From Minisyncoccia bacterium (GTDB lineage: Bacteria; Patescibacteriota; Minisyncoccia; Phycocordibacterales; PALSA-1337), in assembly GCA_038211765.1 (NCBI GenBank), contig JBBQVG010000002.1:1-39635 (forward strand): a DNA stretch of 39,635 nt, read 5' to 3'. Below, one piece after another: positions 16,201-24,671 of this stretch. Both the position numbers and the translations under genes were made by a program. Each line of letters begins with the position of its first letter. The stretch's first letter is position 1. The notes beneath the pieces were generated by a model. It was not told where the DNA came from, made no database searches, and saw only the letters and a program-made list of their open reading frames with translations.

Positions 16201-16581
16201 AATTCTAAAAGGGCTTTAGGTTCAACGGTGGAAATCTTTTTTACTAATCGCTTTGCATCAAGATATCTCAATTGAGAAATATTTACTGATGCCTCCTTAT
16301 CTAAGATCTTTCCAAGGGAGAATCGGTATTCATTACGTACAGGAGAAGTAGTAAGCGGTAACGCAAGAAATGAATAATGAATGTTGATTGTATTTCTTTA
16401 AAATAACAACTGGCCGCAAATATTGACCGCTTTTGCCATTTACTTCATGCCCAACATTTAATCCGAGATGTGCCCACCAAATTTCACCCATACGAAAATG
16501 CTGACAACTAGCTTTCTGGTCAATACGTTTCTTCCGCCTGTTCCATTCGTCGAAATTTTTGAGCATGCAGGAGTATATCAT
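16167..16581 (-). pseudogene. MazF/PemK-family toxin, frameshifted by a 7-bp tandem duplication
   Basis: The N-terminal half is in ORF 16333..16581 (FDEWNRRKKRID, GEIWWAHLGLNVGHEVNGKS, LRPVVILKKYN). The C-terminal half (LALPLTTSPV...NISQLRYLDAKRLVKKIS...) is in the +1 frame, running to TAG 16167..16169. The break lies at AATGAATAATGAAT (16369..16382). Confidence 0.7.
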
Positions 16582-16677
16582 AAGGGGAGTAAAATATAGA
16601 TAAAATCACAGTCATACCACAGAAAAACATTCCTTAGTCAATCCACCTGAGAAGTACTGTTATGCTACTATTCTCCC

Positions 16678-18378
16678 ATGTCCTTCCTCTCTCGCAGAAA
16701 CAGTCTCTTTTCTCGCCGCCGCGGTTTTCGCAAGAGCCGCGAGATAGCACCTGATGAAGTGATGCTCGATTCACACAACCTGCCCAACTACGATATCGAC
16801 CAGTTCGAAGGGCGACTAGAGAGTCCCATTTCACGTACTGCACTTTTTGGTATTGCCGGGCTTATGACACTTATTTTGCTTGTTTTTATTTTTCAGTCAG
16901 GGAAGATGCAGATCGTGCACGGAGAAGAGTATTCGGCACGCAGTGAAAAGAATATTCTTCGCCCCGTTCCGCTCTTTGCAGGACGAGGAGTGATAAGTGA
17001 CCGCAATGGGATACCTCTTATCTGGAATGCTCCGAGCGAAAGTGATATTTCTCATCGCGCATATGCCACCACTACTGGCCTTGCTCACATTCTTGGCTAT
17101 GTGCAGTATCCAAGTAAGGATAAAAATGGTTTTTACTATCAGGCCGATTTCGAAGGAGTAAGCGGTATCGAAAAATATCTAAATACCGAGCTACAAGGAA
17201 CCAACGGCTCACAACTTATTGAAGTTGACGCACATGGCCATATCATTTCAGAAAACACTGTTCGGGCCCCAGGGCAAGGTAAAAATGAGATACTTTCTAT
17301 AGACAGCCGTATCCAAAGTGCTCTATATCACAATATTGCCGATATCGCCGAACGAGTAGGTTTTGCTGGAGGAGCCGGAGTGATCATGGACGTCACAAAT
17401 GGCGAGATCGTTGCTCTCACGAGTTACCCAGAATACAGCTCTCAAGTTATGTCAGACCGTACCGAAACCGCAAAGATCCGAGCACTTCTTACAGATAGCC
17501 GCCAACCATTTTTGAACCGCGCCACAGACGGTCTCTATACACCTGGTTCCATCGTCAAACCATACGTGGCGTTGGGTGCACTGAATGAAAAGATCATTGA
17601 CCCTACAACTGTTTTGGTGACTACAGGTTCGATTTCCATCCCAAATCCTTACGATGATACGAAAAGTACACTCTTTCGTGACTGGAAAAACCAAGGTTCT
17701 ATCAACATGCGTCAAGCTATTGCCGCCTCATCTGACGTCTATTTCTATACAGTCGGCGGGGGATACAAGGACCAAAAAGGACTGGGTATTCTCGGTATAG
17801 ACAAATACCTTCGGCTTTTTGGTTTTGGTTCTGTCGATTCCGATTCTCCTCTGATGTCGAAGGCTGGAACTATTCCTACGCCCGATTGGAAGAAGAAAAC
17901 ATTCAATGAAAACTGGTACTTGGGGGACACATATCACACCGCTATCGGTCAGTATGGTTTCCAGGTGACTCTGGTACAGATCGTCCGCGCAGTGGCCGCC
18001 ATAGCGAATGGAGGGATGCTGATGAAGCCAACCCTGATCAGAGGAGAGGCCTCGCGCGTAGATTCGACTATAGATATTCCTCAAAAATATTTTAATATTG
18101 TATGCGAAGGTATGCGCATGAGTGTTCAAGGAGGAACTAGCAAAGCCCTAGATGTGCCTTACATCGCCATCGGAGGCAAGTCAGGTACAGCCGAGCTTGG
18201 GGTCGCCAAAGACAAGGTCAACTCCTGGATCACGGGCTTCTTTCCATATGACAACCCAAAATATGCATTTGTAGTTATGCTCGAAAACGGCTCGGTCCAC
18301 AACCTTATTGGTGCAGCTGCGGCTATGAGGCAGCAACTAGACTGGATGAATATAAATTCCCCTGAATACTTCAAATAG
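16678..18378 (+). CDS. mrdA: penicillin-binding protein 2 (elongasome transpeptidase)
   Basis: SxxK (GSIVKP), SxD (ASSDVY) and KSG (GKSGTAE) motifs, plus an N-terminal TM anchor. Adjacent to mreBCD. Confidence 0.88.
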   Translation: MSFLSRRNSLFSRRRGFRKSREIAPDEVMLDSHNLPNYDIDQFEGRLESPISRTALFGIAGLMTLILLVFIFQSGKMQIVHGEEYSARSEKNILRPVPLFAGRGVISDRNGIPLIWNAPSESDISHRAYATTTGLAHILGYVQYPSKDKNGFYYQADFEGVSGIEKYLNTELQGTNGSQLIEVDAHGHIISENTVRAPGQGKNEILSIDSRIQSALYHNIADIAERVGFAGGAGVIMDVTNGEIVALTSYPEYSSQVMSDRTETAKIRALLTDSRQPFLNRATDGLYTPGSIVKPYVALGALNEKIIDPTTVLVTTGSISIPNPYDDTKSTLFRDWKNQGSINMRQAIAASSDVYFYTVGGGYKDQKGLGILGIDKYLRLFGFGSVDSDSPLMSKAGTIPTPDWKKKTFNENWYLGDTYHTAIGQYGFQVTLVQIVRAVAAIANGGMLMKPTLIRGEASRVDSTIDIPQKYFNIVCEGMRMSVQGGTSKALDVPYIAIGGKSGTAELGVAKDKVNSWITGFFPYDNPKYAFVVMLENGSVHNLIGAAAAMRQQLDWMNINSPEYFK

Positions 18379-18429
18379 CCCACAGATTGTGCTACACTTA
18401 GACCCTACAACGTCTTAGCAACCTTAAGC

Positions 18430-18438
18430 TGATATTCT
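18430..18438 (+). promoter_or_regulatory. extended -10 box TGaTATTCT, 5 nt upstream of ATG 18444 (leaderless candidate)
   Basis: Read directly. Confidence 0.45.
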
Positions 18439-18443
18439 TTATC

Positions 18444-18911
18444 ATGGATACCGAAACCCAATACCTTACGAAGGAAAAATTTTCCGAATTGGAAAAAGAG
18501 CTAGCCTACCTCAAGTCAGATCGTAGAAAAGAAGTCGCGGAGCACCTCGAGTATGCAAAAAGGCTTGGGGATCTTTCTGAAAACGCAGAGTACCACCAAG
18601 CCCGCGAAGAACAGGCAGAAGTAGAAGACCGCATCAGTCGTCTCGAAAATCTCCTCAAGACCGCCCAGGTCCTGGAGAAGGGTTCAAGTGATCTTGTACG
18701 AGTAGGTTCAACTATTCGCGTGGAAAAAGAGGGTGACAACAAATCCATGCTCTACACCATTGTCGGATCAGAAGAGGCCGATATGGCGTTGGGAAAGATC
18801 TCAAACCTCTCGCCTATCGGTTCTTCTTTGCTTGGTCACAAGGAGGGTGATCTGGTAAGCGTCACCACCCCAAAAGGAACTACAAAGTATAGGATTGCAA
18901 TAATAAAGTAA
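18444..18911 (+). CDS. greA: transcription elongation factor GreA
   Basis: GDLSENAEYHQAREEQ coiled-coil finger and a C-terminal globular domain. 155 aa. Confidence 0.95.
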   Translation: MDTETQYLTKEKFSELEKELAYLKSDRRKEVAEHLEYAKRLGDLSENAEYHQAREEQAEVEDRISRLENLLKTAQVLEKGSSDLVRVGSTIRVEKEGDNKSMLYTIVGSEEADMALGKISNLSPIGSSLLGHKEGDLVSVTTPKGTTKYRIAIIK

Positions 18912-18929
18912 TCTCCATAATTTCCATCC

Positions 18930-20408
18930 ATGGCTTCACTCGATGAACTTCGTGCCATTAGACTTCAGAAGCTTGAACTGCTAAAGAAAGCTGGCATGGA
19001 TCCATATCCATCAAAGGTTCCTCGGACTTTTTGCTTGGCTGATTCACGAAAGAACTTTGCAGAATACGAGGAGGGCAAGGGCGGATCTCGTGCAGGACAA
19101 CCCGTCTCTATCACCGGGCGTATCATAGCCATTCGTGGTCAAGGAGCGATTCTCTTTCTCGTACTCGATGACGGCAAGGCTACATTCCAGGCCGTAGTCA
19201 AGAAGGACACTCTGGCACCAGAGCTTTTCGATCTACTTACGCAGGCAGTCGATATTGGCGACATTATCAGTCTGACAGGCACATTTTTTATAACTCAACG
19301 AGGCGAGCAGAGCATCTTGGTTACTTCATGGACTATGGCAGCAAAGGCCCTCCTTCCTCTGCCAGAAAAATGGCACGGGCTCCAAGATCCGGACGAGAAA
19401 CTGCGCAAAAGGTATTTGGATTTTATTATGGATCCAGAAAGTAGGGAGATTTTCAAGAAGAAGGCAAAGTTTTGGAAGAAAACTCGTGAGATTTTGGAGA
19501 AGGAAGGTTTTCTCGAAGTTGAAACACCGACATTAGAAACAACTACCGGTGGCGCAGAAGCAACTCCTTTTAAGACGCATCATAATGATTATGATCTTGA
19601 TGTGTATCTACGCATTTCTGTGGGAGAGTTGTGGCAAAAGAGATTACTTGCAGCCGGTTTTCCTCGTACGTTTGAGATAGGTAGACTTTACCGTAATGAA
19701 GGCACTAGTCCGGAGCATGCCCAGGAGTTCACAAATCTTGAATTTTACGCATCTTACATGTCTTTTGATGAAGGAATTACTTTTACTGAAAAAATGATCA
19801 AAGAAGTCGTGCTGGAAACTTTTGGAACTATGACTTTTGAAACACGGGGAGTGAAGTTTGATCTTTCCAACGAATGGCCTCGTATTGATTATACAGAAAC
19901 AATTGAGAAGATGACGGGCCTCAACGTACTAAAGTCTACTGAAAAAGACATGGAAATGAAGCTTAAAGATCTGAAGGTGGAGTTTGAAGGAGCAAATAGA
20001 GAAAGGTTAACCGATACTCTTTGGAAATACTGCCGCAAGCAAATCGATGGTCCTGCCTGGCTCATCAATCACCCCAAATTGGTCTCACCACTTTCAAAAG
20101 TCAACCCGAATAATCCGGAGACAACTTTACGTGTCCAATTACTTCTCGCTGGAGCAGAGATGACAAACGGCTTTTCAGAGCTAAACGATCCCATCGATCA
20201 ACGAGCCCGTTTTGACGTCCAAAAGCAACTAGTAGAAAAGGGGGACACTGAGGCAATGATGGCAGATTGGGAGTTTGTAGAAATGCTTGAGCATGCCATG
20301 CCTCCAGCCTTTGGTTTTGCATATGGAGATCGTCTCTTTGCAGTCCTTGCAGGAAAACCTCTTCGCGAGACTCAGATGTTTCCTCTGATGAAACCGAGGA
20401 AGGACTAG
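18930..20408 (+). CDS. lysS: lysyl-tRNA synthetase, class II
   Basis: N-terminal OB fold, FLEVETPTLE, FEIGRLYRNEGTSPEHAQEFTNLEFY and a motif 3 region. Confidence 0.95.
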   Translation: MASLDELRAIRLQKLELLKKAGMDPYPSKVPRTFCLADSRKNFAEYEEGKGGSRAGQPVSITGRIIAIRGQGAILFLVLDDGKATFQAVVKKDTLAPELFDLLTQAVDIGDIISLTGTFFITQRGEQSILVTSWTMAAKALLPLPEKWHGLQDPDEKLRKRYLDFIMDPESREIFKKKAKFWKKTREILEKEGFLEVETPTLETTTGGAEATPFKTHHNDYDLDVYLRISVGELWQKRLLAAGFPRTFEIGRLYRNEGTSPEHAQEFTNLEFYASYMSFDEGITFTEKMIKEVVLETFGTMTFETRGVKFDLSNEWPRIDYTETIEKMTGLNVLKSTEKDMEMKLKDLKVEFEGANRERLTDTLWKYCRKQIDGPAWLINHPKLVSPLSKVNPNNPETTLRVQLLLAGAEMTNGFSELNDPIDQRARFDVQKQLVEKGDTEAMMADWEFVEMLEHAMPPAFGFAYGDRLFAVLAGKPLRETQMFPLMKPRKD

Positions 20409-20420
20409 GGGGGTGTCTCA

Positions 20421-20448
20421 TTGACAGATATCAATAAATAATTGTAAT
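20421..20448 (+). promoter_or_regulatory. sigma70-like promoter of the prepilin-like gene
   Basis: TTGACA (20421..20426), 16-nt spacer, TGTAAT (20443..20448). A strong SD (GGAG, 20495..20498) precedes ATG 20504. Confidence 0.5.
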
Positions 20449-20503
20449 CTACTCACAGACCGACAAATACACGGAGTATTTGACGGCTTACGAAGGAGAC
20501 TAA

Positions 20504-20761
20504 ATGAGAATTTTTTTCCAAAAGAGGCACCTTGCCGCACTGACTCTTCTTGAACTTCTCGGGCTGATCGGGATCATGGCTGTACTATCTATCTTTACAG
20601 CGCCGGCACTCCTGGGACCACCAAAGTTCAAACGACGTCAGACTCCAATCAAGAGAACATCGCAAACTCCACCACCAGCAATGTCTCCGGAGGACGCGTC
20701 TCGATTCGACCAGCGGATCCGGGACTACCACCCTGTACCCATAGCTCCAGCGCCACCATAG
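20504..20761 (+). CDS. small prepilin-like protein with a Pro-rich tail
   Basis: AALTLLELLGLIGIMAVLSIF resembles the class III signal / N-methylation motif (G/A|FTLIELLVV) with Glu at +5. It has its own promoter, SD and terminator. Confidence 0.5.
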   Translation: MRIFFQKRHLAALTLLELLGLIGIMAVLSIFTAPALLGPPKFKRRQTPIKRTSQTPPPAMSPEDASRFDQRIRDYHPVPIAPAPP

Positions 20762-20780
20762 CGGTTGGCGCTTTTTTTTC
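20749..20780 (+). terminator. rho-independent terminator
   Basis: AGCGCCA (20749..20755) pairs with TGGCGCT (20766..20772), followed by TTTTTTTT. Confidence 0.75.
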
Positions 20781-20826
20781 TAAGAAAGTCGGAAGGGGGG
20801 CATGGTCATTTTCGACATACTTATCC

Positions 20827-20902
20827 ACCACTTATCCCCACACTATTCTTTACTGTACGTGTCAAAGTGGGGTAAAATATCCATCAAGTGGGATGAAGTG
20901 GT
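20827..20902 (+). promoter_or_regulatory. candidate MraZ operator: four AAGTGG[G/T] boxes
   Basis: AAGTGGG at 20865..20871 and 20886..20892, and AAGTGGT at 20896..20902 (spacings 21 and 10 nt). One inverted copy (ACCACTT) at 20827..20833. All lie 60-140 nt upstream of mraZ. Confidence 0.45.
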
Positions 20903-20964
20903 ATACGCTAGAAACGTATACACAAAGGTCGAAACCAAACACCAGTCCCACGAACACAAAACAT

Positions 20965-21405
20965 ATGATAATCGGAGAGTACCGGCACACTATCGACGAC
21001 AAGAACCGCCTCTCTCTTCCCGCAAAGTTCCGACAGGAAATGGGGAAGAAGGTGGTCATCACTCCGGGACTCGATTCTTGCCTCTTCATCTTCACGGTGA
21101 AGCAGTGGGAAAAGATCTCAGAGCGCTTGTCGATGTCGGAATCTTCGATGCTGCAGGCCGACAACCGCAGCTTCAACCGCTATCTCCTCGGAGGAGCCGT
21201 TGAAGCTGAGGTAGACGCCGCAGGACGTATGTTACTACCGGAGCACTTGCGAGAACGAGCAAAGCTGAAGAACAAAGTTGTCTTCATCGGGGTCCGCGAT
21301 CGTGTAGAGCTTTGGGATGAAAATGTGTGGAATGAGTACCGCCTTGAAGTCGAGCACAAAGCCGATGCCCTGGCGGAGAAATTGGGAAGTGCAGGAATGA
21401 TTTAG
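20965..21405 (+). CDS. mraZ: transcriptional regulator MraZ
   Basis: MIIGEYRHTIDDKNRLSLPAKFR and a second DxxGR-type repeat (VDAAGRMLLPEHLR). ATG 20965 chosen over the 24-aa upstream extension. Confidence 0.9.
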   Translation: MIIGEYRHTIDDKNRLSLPAKFRQEMGKKVVITPGLDSCLFIFTVKQWEKISERLSMSESSMLQADNRSFNRYLLGGAVEAEVDAAGRMLLPEHLRERAKLKNKVVFIGVRDRVELWDENVWNEYRLEVEHKADALAEKLGSAGMI

Positions 21406-21409
21406 GTAT

Positions 21410-22327
21410 ATGCCAAGTATTCACGTACCGGTTCTTTTAAAAGAAGTCCTTTGTGGGCTCAAATTAGAAGAAAAACAGAAAGAAGAAGGAACGCAAACTT
21501 TGATCTATCTCGACGGCACACTTGGCGGGGCGGGTCACGCCAAGGCAGTTGCCGAGGCATTGAAGGGTAAATTGATCGTCGTAGGCTTGGATAGAAATAA
21601 ACAGGCTATAGAAGAAGCAAGGGTAGGTCTTGCGGACAAAGCAGAGAAACTGATCCTTGAAGTCGAAAGTTTCAGAAATTTGGACAAAGTCCTCGAGAAA
21701 CACGGTATTACGAAAGTTGATCGTATTCTCCTTGATCTCGGACTCTCATCAGATGAACTCGACAACTCTGGAAGGGGATTCTCATTTCAAAGAGATGAAC
21801 CTTTGCTTATGACTATGGGGGATCCGGATACTTACCCATTTACGGCAAAGACGATTGTGAACGATTGGGATGAAGAAGTGATCGCTGACATCATCTTTGG
21901 TTACGGAGAAGAGAGGTTTGCGAGAAGAATAGCTCGAGCCATCATCGTCTATCGCGACAAAAAGGCCATCGAGACGACTCATGAACTTGCAGAGATCATC
22001 AAAAGCTCGGTTCCGGGATTTTACAGAAGGGGAAAGATTCATCCAGCTACCAGAACATTCCAGGCATTACGAATTGCAGTCAACGAAGAACTAAATGCTC
22101 TGAGAGAAGGACTGGCGAAGGGATATGAAAGGCTGAATCAGAGAGGTGTGATGGCTGTTATTTCATTTCACAGCCTCGAAGACAGGATCGTCAAAGAATT
22201 TTATAAAGAAAAAATGGCTTCTGACAGCGCGATGATCAGTAAAAAGCCAATCCGAGCTACAGATGAAGAGATTTTACATAATCCACGAGCCCGCAGTGCA
22301 CGATTGAGAATACTGGAGAAGAGATAG
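21410..22327 (+). CDS. rsmH: 16S rRNA (cytosine1402-N4)-methyltransferase
   Basis: HVPVLLKEV, DGTLGGAGHA, LDLGLSSDELD, FHSLEDRIVK and RARSARLR. Confidence 0.95.
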   Translation: MPSIHVPVLLKEVLCGLKLEEKQKEEGTQTLIYLDGTLGGAGHAKAVAEALKGKLIVVGLDRNKQAIEEARVGLADKAEKLILEVESFRNLDKVLEKHGITKVDRILLDLGLSSDELDNSGRGFSFQRDEPLLMTMGDPDTYPFTAKTIVNDWDEEVIADIIFGYGEERFARRIARAIIVYRDKKAIETTHELAEIIKSSVPGFYRRGKIHPATRTFQALRIAVNEELNALREGLAKGYERLNQRGVMAVISFHSLEDRIVKEFYKEKMASDSAMISKKPIRATDEEILHNPRARSARLRILEKR

Positions 22328-22373
22328 ACGGGAGAGATAAACGGCAGTACAGATAAAATCACATAAATAATAC

Positions 22374-22790
22374 ATGAGAAATACAGGAACAATGACATAT
22401 AGAACATCACTATATGGTAGCGAAAGATCATACAGCCGTACTTACGGGATGGCTAGAGTGGCTAAGGGTCTAGCAAATATTATTTCTCAGAGAGAATTTC
22501 GTATGAGAGCATTTCAGGTTCTTATTGCAACCTGCGCAGTCACAGGTATGTTTTATGCTATTAACCTTTACTCGGTTATCTCCAGTACAGTCGCCCTCCA
22601 ACACCTTGGAACAGAGTCTCGTACGCTTACAGGGCAGATTGAGACATTGGACAGCCAGTATCTCAAACTTTCAAGCGCAATCACTCCAGACACTCTCGAT
22701 GCCTACGGTCTCAAAAAAGGCGAGGTGAGCTTCTTTATTTCTCGTTCAGATTCACTCGGCCGCGTAGCCCTAGGCGGACATGAACTCTAA
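22374..22790 (+). CDS. FtsL-like bitopic membrane protein (position-based)
   Basis: Single TM (AFQVLIATCAVTGMFYAINLY) followed by a short coiled coil. Lies between rsmH and ftsI. Start uncertain (ATGs at 22374, 22449, 22503). Confidence 0.5.
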   Translation: MRNTGTMTYRTSLYGSERSYSRTYGMARVAKGLANIISQREFRMRAFQVLIATCAVTGMFYAINLYSVISSTVALQHLGTESRTLTGQIETLDSQYLKLSSAITPDTLDAYGLKKGEVSFFISRSDSLGRVALGGHEL

Positions 22791-24495
22791 GCAACGATTA
22801 CGAACTCGCATCATTCTTATTTGCCTCCTTATTGCAGCGGGAGGCCTGGGATCGTCACTCTACTGGACTCAGGTGGTCAAAGGGGCGACATATACTGCTC
22901 GTGCTGATAAACAATATGAAAAGCCGCAGGCCACACTGTTCGACCGTGGCACTATTTTCTTTGAAGCAAAAGATGGCACACGTGCTGCTGCGGCGACTGT
23001 AGCGAGTGGGTATCTGATCTTTCTTAACCCAAAAACCATCATAGACGCCGAGGCAGTCTATGAGGCACTTTCTCATTACATCAAGATTGATAAGGAAGAA
23101 TTTTTACGTAAGGCCGGAAAGAGAGATGATCCTTATGAAGAATTGCTCCACCGTGTCCCAGCAGAAACAGCCGAGTCTATCCGCGGACTTAGTATCAAGG
23201 GTGTAGGAGTATCCAAGGAATCCTGGCGTAGCTATCCAGGTGATGAGCTCGCTACCCATGCCCTTGGCATTATAGGAGAGAGCAAGGATGGAACCGTAGA
23301 GGGCCGCTACGGACTGGAACGCTCCTATGAAGATGTTCTCAAACGCTCGCAGGCTTCCAGTGGCGCAGACCTCTTCGCTGGACTCTTCGGCAATATCCGT
23401 GAATCAGTCTTCGGTACGAGTAAATCAGCTTCTGGATCTATCATTACCACCATCGAACCGACAGTCGAGAAATATCTGGAAAAGACACTAAAACAGACTG
23501 CTGATATATGGAAGCCGGACGAGATCGGGGCAGTCATTATAGACCCACAAACTGGAGAGATTGTTGCCATGTCCTCATTGCCATCATATAACCCGAATGA
23601 TATCTCAGACGTCAAGGACCCAGTAATATTTTCAAATCCGCTCGTCGAACACGTCTATGAAATGGGATCTATCATGAAACCGATCACTATGGCTGTGGGA
23701 TTGGACACTGGAGCCATCACCCCAACTTCAACATATGACGACACTGGAACAATGACTCTCAATACAAAAAAGATATCAAACTACGACGGCGTGGCTCGAG
23801 GTGTAGTGAAAGTTCAGGAGATTTTGAGCCAGTCACTCAACGTCGGTGCGGCCACTATCGCCCTCAAAGTAGGCAGGACTGATTTTGTGAAATATTTTAG
23901 TAGCTTCGGCCTCGGCGGTAAAACTGGTATTGACCAGCCAAATGAAGCATCAGGACTGATCGGTAATCTGGAAAGGGGTCAGGATATCGAGATCGCCACA
24001 GCAGCATACGGTCAAGGAATTGCCGTTTCGCCTGTTGCTATGGCACGATCATTGTCGGTGCTTGCAAACGGCGGACACCTCATCGTGCCGCATCTAGTCA
24101 AAGGTATTGAGTATACAGATGGTACGTCAAAGAAAATAGCGCCACCAGAAGGTGACCTAATACTCAAAAAAGATACCACTGATGAGGTCACACGCATGCT
24201 TGTGACGGTGGTAGATACTGCCCTGCGTAAAGGTGCACTCAAAAATAACCACTACAGTATCGCCGCAAAGACTGGTACGGCACAGATTCCAGATCCGGTA
24301 AATAAAGGTTACTATACAGACCGGTACTTGCACTCGTTCTTCGGGTATTTCCCTGCATATAACCCGAAGTATCTAGTGTTCATGTACCAGACTCATCCCA
24401 AGGGGGCCCAGTTTGCCTCCGAAACATTGGCTGAACCATTTAGTGAAATTTCCAAGTTTTTGATAGACTATTACAACATTCCGCCGGATAGGTGA
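22780..24495 (+). CDS. ftsI: division-type class B penicillin-binding protein (FtsI/PBP3-like)
   Basis: SxxK (GSIMKP), SxN (SQSLN) and KTG (AKTGTAQ), plus an N-terminal TM. In the dcw position. Confidence 0.85.
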   Translation: MNSKQRLRTRIILICLLIAAGGLGSSLYWTQVVKGATYTARADKQYEKPQATLFDRGTIFFEAKDGTRAAAATVASGYLIFLNPKTIIDAEAVYEALSHYIKIDKEEFLRKAGKRDDPYEELLHRVPAETAESIRGLSIKGVGVSKESWRSYPGDELATHALGIIGESKDGTVEGRYGLERSYEDVLKRSQASSGADLFAGLFGNIRESVFGTSKSASGSIITTIEPTVEKYLEKTLKQTADIWKPDEIGAVIIDPQTGEIVAMSSLPSYNPNDISDVKDPVIFSNPLVEHVYEMGSIMKPITMAVGLDTGAITPTSTYDDTGTMTLNTKKISNYDGVARGVVKVQEILSQSLNVGAATIALKVGRTDFVKYFSSFGLGGKTGIDQPNEASGLIGNLERGQDIEIATAAYGQGIAVSPVAMARSLSVLANGGHLIVPHLVKGIEYTDGTSKKIAPPEGDLILKKDTTDEVTRMLVTVVDTALRKGALKNNHYSIAAKTGTAQIPDPVNKGYYTDRYLHSFFGYFPAYNPKYLVFMYQTHPKGAQFASETLAEPFSEISKFLIDYYNIPPDR

Positions 24496-24520
24496 TTGAA
24501 GCACTGAGCAGGTCCTTCAG

Positions 24521-24626
24521 GGATCAGGAAAGTCCCTCGGGGCACGAGTCGAGGCCTGCTGACCTCGCCCTCCATCTCAGTCGCCTTCGCTCCTTCCGAT
24601 AGTCCCCTCGGAATCTTTCCTGATCC
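24521..24626. other. G+C-rich structured spacer closed by a perfect 12-bp inverted repeat
   Basis: GGATCAGGAAAG (24521..24532) pairs with CTTTCCTGATCC (24615..24626). An internal CGAGG/CCTCG hairpin lies inside, and a CCCTCGG motif sits next to both arms. Confidence 0.4.
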
Positions 24627-24671
24627 ATTCGTCCTTCCCATACTCTGGTCACCAACCACCTACCCACCACT

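Noticed and set aside
20893-20964. 24-aa N-terminal extension of mraZ, and overlapping ORFs 20802..21203 (+) and 20862..21176 (-).
   Set aside because: MraZ family proteins begin at the MxxGxY motif (ATG 20965). The extension covers the AAGTGG boxes and is better explained as regulatory DNA.
24507-24532. SRP (4.5S) RNA domain IV-like string AGCAGGTCC-TTCA-GGGATCAGG.
   Set aside because: The tetraloop is not GNRA. The flanking strands do not pair as in helix 8. The 5' half of such an RNA would have to lie inside ftsI.
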